From an uncultured Gemmatimonadota bacterium (GTDB lineage Bacteria > Gemmatimonadota > Gemmatimonadetes > Palauibacterales > Palauibacteraceae), in assembly GCA_964499635.1 (NCBI GenBank), contig CAZCLY010000002.1, positions 239,878 through 303,877 on the forward strand: a stretch of 64,000 nt of DNA. The letters are read 5' to 3'. Position numbers and translations under genes: made by a program. Below the pieces are notes generated by a model that saw only the letters and a list, made by a program, of their open reading frames with translations, did not search any database and was not told where the DNA came from. Below, piece after piece: positions 50,806-57,697 of this stretch; position 1 is the first letter of the stretch; each line of letters starts with the position of its first letter.

Positions 50806-50821
50806 GGCAATGCCCGTACCA
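50806..50821 (-). promoter_or_regulatory. Sigma54 (-24/-12) promoter candidate for the HlyD/ATPase/permease cluster
   Basis: The minus-strand sequence TGGTACGGGCATTGCC matches the consensus TGGCACG-N4-TTGCW with exact GG-to-GC spacing. It lies ~125 nt upstream of GTG 50679, and a sigma54-dependent activator is encoded in the same cluster. Confidence 0.7.
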
Positions 50822-50840
50822 CACCTCGCTTCCACCCATA

Positions 50841-50864
50841 AGTCTATGTCAGGATGTCATATAG
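50841..50864. promoter_or_regulatory. AT-rich element with tandem ATGTCA repeats immediately upstream of the sigma54 -24 box
   Basis: The sequence is AGTCTATGTCAGGATGTCATATAG. Its first 11 nt are identical to 61800-61810, inside the PadR-gene palindrome. Confidence 0.35.
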
Positions 50865-50887
50865 CGCGATGCGTAGCCCGCCCGGCC

Positions 50888-50953
50888 CGGACTCGGGGTG
50901 GGCGGTTTCGGGACGCGGTGTCCGGATCTGAACGCCACGGCCCCCGGAGTCCG
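50888..50953. promoter_or_regulatory. Candidate enhancer (UAS) dyad upstream of the sigma54 promoter
   Basis: CGGACTCGGGG (50888-50898) and CCCCGGAGTCCG (50942-50953) form an inverted repeat with one indel, 67-132 nt upstream of the -24 element. Confidence 0.25.
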
Positions 50954-50961
50954 CCCGTCAC

Positions 50962-53628
50962 CTATTCGGCGCGCAGCGTCTCGAGGGGATCGGTCCGCCC
51001 CGCGCGGACCGCGGGCAACAGACAGGCCCCGAGGGCCACCAGCGCGAGGAGCCCCGACACGACCCCGATCGTGACCGGATCCCGGGGCGAGATCCCGAAC
51101 ACCATGCTGGCCAGCACGCGGGCCCCGGCCAGCGAGACCGTCAGCCCGATGAGGATGCCGGTGGCCGTCAGTGCGACACCCCGGCGCAATACCAGACGGA
51201 CAATGTCCGAGCTGCGGGCCCCGAGCGCGAGGCGGATCCCCATCTCCCGCACCCGCTGTCGAACCGAATACAGGAGGGTCGCGTACACCCCCGCGGCGGC
51301 GAGCAGGATGGCGACGATCGCGAGACCGGCCAGGATGACCGAGTAGAAGCGCTCGTCGGCGACCGAGCGGGACATGCGACCGTCCATCGTCACCACATCG
51401 GGAATGGGAAGCGCGGGATCGACGTCCCAGATCGCGCGCCGGATGGCCGGGGCCACCGCACCGATCTCGAGATCGGTGCGCACGCCGATGTTGAGGAACG
51501 GCATGTTCGGACCCCGTGCCTCCCACGGCATGTAGAGCTCCGGGTGCGCCGGCACCTGGAGGGACGTGTAGCGCACGTCGCCGGCCACACCGACCACGAG
51601 GCCACGGCGGTCGGAGAAGCGCACGACCTCCCCAATGGCGTCGGGGGCACCGCCGAACAGACGCATGGCGAGCGACCGGTTGATGACCACGGGGAGCGGG
51701 TCCAGCCCCTCATCCCCGGGCTGCAGGTCCCGACCCGCGATCAGCGTCGTGCCGAGCGCCGAGAAGTACCCGGCGGTCACCGGGTTCAGCGCCGTCGGGA
51801 TCCCGTCGGCGGGCGTGTCCGGCCCCGGGAGCGACACGCCCGAGCGCCAGCAGCAGCTCCCTCCGGAAGCGTACTGGAACGGGAGAGTGACACCGACCAC
51901 AACCGCTCGCGTGCCGGGGAGGGCGCGCAGACGGGGGACGAGCTCATCGACGAAGCGCTCGCGGTCGGCCGCCTCGTATCCCGCCCGAAGCTGCAGGTCC
52001 ACGGTGACCAGATGATCCGGCGCGAACCCCGCATCCACGCCGGTGAGCCTCAGGAAGCTGTGGAACAGCAGCCCCGCCCCGACGAGGAGCACCAGCGAGA
52101 TGGACACTTCGGCCACCACCAGCGCCCCCTGGAGCCGGGCTCGGCCGCCGCCGACGGTGATGCGGGCCGCGCCTTCCTTGAGCGCGTCGTTGGGGTCGAC
52201 ACGCGTCGCCTGGAGCGCGGGCAACACGCCGAACAGGAGACCCGTCATGACCGAGACCGCGAGCGCGAACAGGAGGACGCGGCCGTCGACCGCCACCGCC
52301 GCGGTGCGCGGCAGGATCCCCGGCTCCAGGACGGTGAAGGCGCGTACTCCGAGGAAGGCGAGGCCGGTCCCCACGAGGCCCCCGGCGATCGCCAGCGCGA
52401 GGCTCTCGACGGTGAGCTGCGAGACGAGATTCCGGCGGGTCGCCCCCAGCGCTCCGCGGACGGCGAGCTCCCGCGCGCGGTCCGCGCCGCGCGCGAGGAG
52501 CAGGTTGGCCACGTTGGCGCACGCGAGTAGCAGGAGGAGTCCGACCGCTCCGAGGAGGATGAGGAGCGTCCCGCCCACGTCCCCGACCACGGCCTCCTTG
52601 AGCGGCACGACCGGCGTCTCCTCGATCCTCCCGTCCGAGTCCACGTGCCACTCCGGATACCGGTCCGCGAGCCGTCGATCGAAGGCCTCCATCTCGGTGC
52701 GCGCTCGCTCGATCCCGACCCCATCCGCCAGGCGTCCGACCACCTCCAGCACGTGGAGCCCGCGGTCCTGGATGGCCGGATCCTGCAGGTCGAGAGGGGT
52801 CCACACCTCGGGATCTCCGCGCACCATGATGCCGGGAGGCGAGAAGTCCGGAGCGAGGACGCCGATCACCCGGAGCGCCCGTCCTCCGATGCGGACGTCC
52901 CGCCCCACGAGCTCGGGATCGCTCCCATACCGCATCTGCCAGAACGCGTGCGTGAGGATCGCGAGGTCGCGTTCGCCGGCGTGGTCGTCGGGCGTGAACA
53001 GACGGCCGAGCTGGGCTCGTGCGCCGAGGACGTCGAACAGGTCGGGGGTGACCCGCGCCACCGACAGGCGCTGTGGCGGCCCATCGCCGGTCAGATCCGC
53101 CTCCTCCGTCCAGATCCCGCCCCATTCCGACACGGCCGAGATGTCGCGTTGCCACTCCTGGAACTCGATCGGCGGATGCGAGGCGTGTGACAGGTACACG
53201 AGCCGCTCCGGCTCGGGGTAGGGCAGCCGTCGCAGGAGAACGCCGTCGACGACCGAGAACACCGTGTTGGTGGCGCCGATGCCGGCGCCGAGGAGAAGCG
53301 TGACGGTCAGCGCGAACGCGGGGCGCGTGCGCAGCGATCTGAGTGCATATCGGATGTCGTGAGCCATGTTCGCCCTGCCTGGAGTCGGGTGACGGGGAGA
53401 AGCGGGGGTCCGCGACGCGGCTTCGCGACACGCGGCCATGCGCTCGAGGACGGCGCCCCCGAGCGCCGACCCGAGACCGCGGACCGCGAACCCGAACGCC
53501 GCCGCGCGTCCGTCGCGCGCGCGGCGCTCACGAACCAGCGCGTCGAAGATGCGCACGGCTTCCGCGCCGAACCGGTCGCGGAAGTCGACGGGATACAGAC
53601 GCAGTACGAGACCGTACAGACGGGCCAT
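50962..53628 (-). CDS. Duplicated MacB-type ABC permease (ADOP-like) with an N-terminal prefix domain, PadR-linked
   Basis: I chose ATG 53628 (MARLYGLVLRLYPVDFRDRFGAEAVRIFDAL...); ATG 53700 would overlap padR by 37 nt. The core starts at MAHDIRYALRSLRTRPAFALTVTLLLGAGIGATNTVFSVVDG and the C-terminus is ETLRAE. Confidence 0.9.
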   Translation of the reverse strand: MARLYGLVLRLYPVDFRDRFGAEAVRIFDALVRERRARDGRAAAFGFAVRGLGSALGGAVLERMAACREAASRTPASPRHPTPGRANMAHDIRYALRSLRTRPAFALTVTLLLGAGIGATNTVFSVVDGVLLRRLPYPEPERLVYLSHASHPPIEFQEWQRDISAVSEWGGIWTEEADLTGDGPPQRLSVARVTPDLFDVLGARAQLGRLFTPDDHAGERDLAILTHAFWQMRYGSDPELVGRDVRIGGRALRVIGVLAPDFSPPGIMVRGDPEVWTPLDLQDPAIQDRGLHVLEVVGRLADGVGIERARTEMEAFDRRLADRYPEWHVDSDGRIEETPVVPLKEAVVGDVGGTLLILLGAVGLLLLLACANVANLLLARGADRARELAVRGALGATRRNLVSQLTVESLALAIAGGLVGTGLAFLGVRAFTVLEPGILPRTAAVAVDGRVLLFALAVSVMTGLLFGVLPALQATRVDPNDALKEGAARITVGGGRARLQGALVVAEVSISLVLLVGAGLLFHSFLRLTGVDAGFAPDHLVTVDLQLRAGYEAADRERFVDELVPRLRALPGTRAVVVGVTLPFQYASGGSCCWRSGVSLPGPDTPADGIPTALNPVTAGYFSALGTTLIAGRDLQPGDEGLDPLPVVINRSLAMRLFGGAPDAIGEVVRFSDRRGLVVGVAGDVRYTSLQVPAHPELYMPWEARGPNMPFLNIGVRTDLEIGAVAPAIRRAIWDVDPALPIPDVVTMDGRMSRSVADERFYSVILAGLAIVAILLAAAGVYATLLYSVRQRVREMGIRLALGARSSDIVRLVLRRGVALTATGILIGLTVSLAGARVLASMVFGISPRDPVTIGVVSGLLALVALGACLLPAVRAGRTDPLETLRAE

Positions 53629-53663
53629 CCGGGCCGCGGGGGGCTCGTCGGGGCGGCCCGGGG

Positions 53664-54083
53664 TCACGAGCCGCTCCCCGTCCGCGGGATCAGACGCCAT
53701 TCGCGGGCCCGGTCGGTGAGCCTCGCGAGCCGGGCCGCCTCCGCGGTCACCACGCGCCGGCCGCGCTCCGTGAGCGCGTAGTGCCGGCGGGGGGCGCCGG
53801 CGGACTCATCCTCCACGTCGGTTTCCCTCACGAGCCCGTCGCGCTCGAGGCGTTTCAGGGCGCGGTACAGGTTGGCCGGATCGAGGGTGACCTGCCCGGC
53901 CGAATGCCGCTCCGCGTCCTTGATGATCCCGTATCCGTGCCGAGCCCCGCGCGCGAGGACGAGCAGGATGAGGAAGTCACGCGGGCTCAGGGGCAACCAT
54001 TCGGGTGGCTCGGTCACCGCGATCCACGGGGTTCGGGGGGGCGTCCGGGCGCCGAAGCTGCGCGCGGCCGGATAATCTGTCAA
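53664..54083 (-). CDS. PadR-family transcriptional regulator
   Basis: The winged-helix blocks are LSPRDFLILLVLARGARHGYGIIKD, LYRALKRLERDGLV and RRHYALTERGRR. The track start at 54083 is TTG inside a palindrome, so GTG 54017 is more likely. Confidence 0.88.
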   Translation of the reverse strand: MTDYPAARSFGARTPPRTPWIAVTEPPEWLPLSPRDFLILLVLARGARHGYGIIKDAERHSAGQVTLDPANLYRALKRLERDGLVRETDVEDESAGAPRRHYALTERGRRVVTAEAARLARLTDRAREWRLIPRTGSGS

Positions 54084-54092
54084 TCGACAGAT
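54075..54092. promoter_or_regulatory. Palindromic operator candidate upstream of padR
   Basis: ATCTGTC aatc GACAGAT has perfect 7-bp arms and sits in an AT-richer patch between the HAD gene stop and padR. Confidence 0.45.
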
Positions 54093-54191
54093 ACTCGATC
54101 ACCCCCGTGTGAACCGCGCGGGCCGGAAAGGGTTGCATCCGCGCCCGCCGGCGGGCGGGCACCCCGCTCCCACATGGGGAGCCGGCGGGAC

Positions 54192-54893
54192 TCAGACGGG
54201 CGCCAGCCGGCGTAGCAGATCCGGGAGCTCGCGGAGGTGGGGCAGCGTGTGGTAGCGGAGCGTCGCCAGCCGCCGGTCATCGACTCGTTCGTGCGTCCAG
54301 GTCGCGCCGTACGGCACGTGGACCGCATGCCCTCCCATCTCGGCCACCGGCACGATATCGGAGCGGAGCGAGTTGCCGACCATCACGAACTCCCCGGCGG
54401 TCAGACCGTGCACCGCGAGGAGCGATTCGTACATCGCCCGGTCCTTGCGGCTCACCACCGAGACGTGCTGGAAGAAGTCCCCGAGACCCGACCGTGCCAG
54501 CTTCGTCTCCTGATCGAGCAGGTCCCCCTTGGTCACCACCATCAGGTCGTGCTGTTCCGCCAGCTCGCGGACGGCGTCGTGCACCCCGTCGAGGACGTCC
54601 ACGGGACCCAGGAGCATCTCGCGCCCCATGCGGAGAATCCGCGAGATCTCCGCCCCCGCCACGCGCCCATCCGTCAGCTCGATCGCCGTCTCCACCATCG
54701 ACAGCGTGAACGACTTCACCCCGTACCCGTAGTGCTGGAGGTTGCGGACCTCGGTCTCCAGGAGCCGCTGCTCGATCACCTCCGCGTCCACGTGGCGTGA
54801 CAGGAGCTCGCAGAAGCGGGCCTGGGTGTCGGTGAACAGCGGCTCGTTGTGCCACAGCGTATCGTCGGCGTCGAGCGCCACGAGTCGAATCAC
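54192..54893 (-). CDS. HAD-superfamily hydrolase
   Basis: Motif I is LVALDADDTLW, motif II is MVVTKGD and motif III/IV is VMVGNSLRSDI. Confidence 0.88.
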   Translation of the reverse strand: MIRLVALDADDTLWHNEPLFTDTQARFCELLSRHVDAEVIEQRLLETEVRNLQHYGYGVKSFTLSMVETAIELTDGRVAGAEISRILRMGREMLLGPVDVLDGVHDAVRELAEQHDLMVVTKGDLLDQETKLARSGLGDFFQHVSVVSRKDRAMYESLLAVHGLTAGEFVMVGNSLRSDIVPVAEMGGHAVHVPYGATWTHERVDDRRLATLRYHTLPHLRELPDLLRRLAPV

Positions 54894-55028
54894 GACGGAT
54901 CGATCCGCATCGTCATGTCCATGTCCTGCCTCCGGTCGGTGACGATCCGCTCAACCGGCCGCGGTCGCGCCGTCTGGTAACCATCAGCGCGGCCGGGGAT
55001 CCCGGGAGCGGGCGAGCGCCGCGGTCGG

Positions 55029-55063
55029 CGTGACCGGTTACGGACATGGAATCCCGTGACCGG
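55029..55063 (+). promoter_or_regulatory. Direct repeat CGTGACCGG x2 (candidate enhancer site)
   Basis: The copies are at 55029-55037 and 55055-55063, 26 nt apart and 80-115 nt upstream of the sigma54-like -24 box at 55144. Confidence 0.25.
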
Positions 55064-55143
55064 ACGCTTCCGGGCCGGCATGAGGGCTCGCCGGCATCGT
55101 CCAAGTCGTTGTCAGCCCGTCACTTGGTCCCGACGAGAGACAG

Positions 55144-55159
55144 CGGCACGCCCGTTGCC
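55144..55159 (+). promoter_or_regulatory. Sigma54 (-24/-12) promoter candidate
   Basis: CGGCACGCCCGTTGCC matches the consensus TGGCACG-N4-TTGCW with exact spacing. It lies 47 nt upstream of ATG 55206. Confidence 0.65.
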
Positions 55160-55205
55160 CCCATCGCTCCGGATCCCCATCACGCTCCGAGCGGCGAGGA
55201 CCCGG

Positions 55206-57629
55206 ATGGACGCCCTTCTGAACGACGTGCGGTTCGCGCTGCGCACGCTCGTCCGCGATCGATCGTTCTCGCTCACCGCGCTGCTCACGCTGGCCGTCGG
55301 CATCGGTGCGAGCACCGCGATCTTCAGCGTGGTCGACGGCGTGCTCCTCCGCCCACTTCCGTACCGCGACGCCGACCGGATCGTCACCCTGTGGCAGCAC
55401 GACCGCGGCGCGGCGATCGAGCGCGACGACGTCTCTTCCGCCAACTACATGGACTGGCGCGACCGGGCGCGAGGGTCGTTCGAGTCGATGGCGGCGGTGG
55501 AGCCCTACAGCCTCGATTGGATAGGCCCGGATGGGCCGGAGGAGATCGGAGCCTGGCTGGTGACCCCCGGGTTCTTCGACGTCATGGACGCGACACCGCT
55601 CCTCGGTCGCGCGCTGCGCGCCGAGGACTTCCGGGAGGACGGGGCGCTGACCACGGTGGTCCTCGGCCACCGGCTGTGGCGCGCCCGGTTCGGTGCGGAC
55701 TCCTCGCTCGTCGGGCGTACGCTCACGCTCGACGACCGGCCGGTCGAGGTGGCGGGCGTGATGCCGCCGGGCTTCGAATACCCACCGGGGAACCAGCTCT
55801 GGGCGCCGAAGAGGTTCGCGGAGAGCGCCCGACAGGTGCGTGCCGCCAACTACTTCCAGGTCGTGGGCCGGCTCCGTCCGGGAGCGAATCTGGAGGCGGC
55901 CCGGGCGGAGATGGACGCGATCGCCGGGCGGCTCTCGGACGAGTATCCCGACACGAACGCCGAAATCGGGGTCACCGTGGTGCCGCTCGCGGAGCATCTC
56001 CTCGGGTCGGTTCGCGCGGCGATGTTCGTGCTCCTCGGCGCGGTCGTTCTCGTCCTTCTGATCGCGTGCGTGAACGTGGCCAATCTCCTGCTCGCGCGCG
56101 GAGCGCGGCGCCGGCGGGAGTTCGCGATGCGAGCCGCGGTCGGTGCGGGCCGGCGACGGCTCCTCGCCCAACTGACGGTCGAGAACCTCGTGCTGGCCGC
56201 GCTCGGGGGGACACTCGGGATGGCGGTCGCGAGCTGGTTGGTGTCATCGCTCAAGGGCCTCGCTCCGGCCGGCTTGCCACGCATCGATACGGTCGCCGTG
56301 GACCTGCGCGTGCTGGGGTTCGCGGCCGCGATCTCGGCGCTCACCTCGCTCGTGTTCGGCATCGCGCCTCTGCTCCAGGTGGCCCGCGTGGACCTCAGGG
56401 ATCAACTCGGCGACAGCGGTCGGACGTCGACGGGGGGCCGATCGCCGGCCGCGCTCCGGGACGCGCTGGTGATCGCCCAGATCGCCCTCGCCCTCGTGCT
56501 CCTCGCCGGCGCCGGCCTCATGACGCGGAGCTTCGTGCGGCTCCTGTCCGAAGATCCCGGGTACGAGCCCGAAAACGTGGTGGCGTTCACCACCCAGGCA
56601 TGGCGGTACTATCCGAGGGCCGTGGACCGAATCCAGTTCGTCCGTCAGGCCACGGCGGCCCTCGAGGAAGCGCCCGGCGTGCGCGCGGTCGGGGTGACCT
56701 CTTCCCTCCCCCTGTCCGACGTCATATACGCGGATCGGGGCACCTACACGGTGATCGGCCAGCCGGAACCACGGCCCGGTCAGGAGCCGAGCGCGCGCGG
56801 GGCCGCCGTCACGTCGGGGTATTTCGCGGCGCTCGGAATCCCGCTCCTCGAGGGGAGGCTCTTCCGGGACACCGACGATGCGGACGCCCCCGCCGTCGTG
56901 CTCGTGAGCGAGGGCCTGGCGCGCCGCCACTGGCCCGCCGGCGGCGCGGTGGGGGCGCGCATCTCGCTCTCCTTCGCCGGCCCCCCCACGCCGGCCGAAG
57001 TGATCGGGGTGGTCGGCGATGTCCGTCACGATGGCCTCGATGACACGCCCTCGGCGGCGTTCTACGTGCCCCACGCACAGCACCCCACGGGGGCCATCAC
57101 GTTCACGCTCCGCACGACGACCGTTCCCGCCGCCGCGCTGGCGGCTCTCAAGGGCCGCGTCTGGGAGCTGAACCCCCGCATCCCGCTCACCGACGCGGGG
57201 ACGCTCCGCTCCCTGATGAACGAGACGCTCCGACCCCGCCGCTTCTATCTCCTCCTGTTGGTGTCGTTTTCGGCGGCGGCGTTGGTCCTCGCCGTGGTGG
57301 GTATCTACGGACTCATCAGCTACGCCGCGCGCGGCCGCACGGCCGAGATCGGGATCCGGATGGCGCTCGGCGCGCGGGCAGAGACGATCCTGGCCCTCTT
57401 CCTCTCGCGGGGAGCGCGGCTGATCGGCCTCGGGGTGCTCGGCGGGCTGGTCGGGACGCTCGCGGTCTCACGCTATCTGGAGAGCCTGCTGTACGAGATT
57501 CCCCCCGGCGACCCGTTGACGCTGGTGCTGATCACCCTCGTGCTGGGGGTCGCGGGGCTGGTCGGGACGTTCATCCCTGCCAGACGCGCGGCCCGCACCG
57601 ACCCGGCCCGCACGCTCCGGATGGAATAG
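55206..57629 (+). CDS. Duplicated MacB-type ABC permease (ADOP-like), solitary
   Basis: ATG 55206 follows GGCGAGGA. The N-terminus is MDALLNDVRFALRTLVRDRSFSLTALLTLAVGIGASTAIFSVVDG and the C-terminus is RTLRME. It is an internal start of track ORF 55056..57629. Confidence 0.92.
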   Translation: MDALLNDVRFALRTLVRDRSFSLTALLTLAVGIGASTAIFSVVDGVLLRPLPYRDADRIVTLWQHDRGAAIERDDVSSANYMDWRDRARGSFESMAAVEPYSLDWIGPDGPEEIGAWLVTPGFFDVMDATPLLGRALRAEDFREDGALTTVVLGHRLWRARFGADSSLVGRTLTLDDRPVEVAGVMPPGFEYPPGNQLWAPKRFAESARQVRAANYFQVVGRLRPGANLEAARAEMDAIAGRLSDEYPDTNAEIGVTVVPLAEHLLGSVRAAMFVLLGAVVLVLLIACVNVANLLLARGARRRREFAMRAAVGAGRRRLLAQLTVENLVLAALGGTLGMAVASWLVSSLKGLAPAGLPRIDTVAVDLRVLGFAAAISALTSLVFGIAPLLQVARVDLRDQLGDSGRTSTGGRSPAALRDALVIAQIALALVLLAGAGLMTRSFVRLLSEDPGYEPENVVAFTTQAWRYYPRAVDRIQFVRQATAALEEAPGVRAVGVTSSLPLSDVIYADRGTYTVIGQPEPRPGQEPSARGAAVTSGYFAALGIPLLEGRLFRDTDDADAPAVVLVSEGLARRHWPAGGAVGARISLSFAGPPTPAEVIGVVGDVRHDGLDDTPSAAFYVPHAQHPTGAITFTLRTTTVPAAALAALKGRVWELNPRIPLTDAGTLRSLMNETLRPRRFYLLLLVSFSAAALVLAVVGIYGLISYAARGRTAEIGIRMALGARAETILALFLSRGARLIGLGVLGGLVGTLAVSRYLESLLYEIPPGDPLTLVLITLVLGVAGLVGTFIPARRAARTDPARTLRME

Positions 57630-57697
57630 GCCGAAGGTCGGCGCCGGGACGACGGTTCACCTCCGGGGGCCCATACCTCCGGGGCTCGGCCGGGCGC

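Noticed and set aside
54081-54083. The TTG start codons used by the ORF track for padR (54083) and for the ECF sigma gene (22097)
   Set aside because: Both fall inside palindromic elements and add N-terminal extensions that are atypical for the families. The downstream GTG codons (54017 and 22046) are more plausible, although I could not confirm them because SD sequences are weak.
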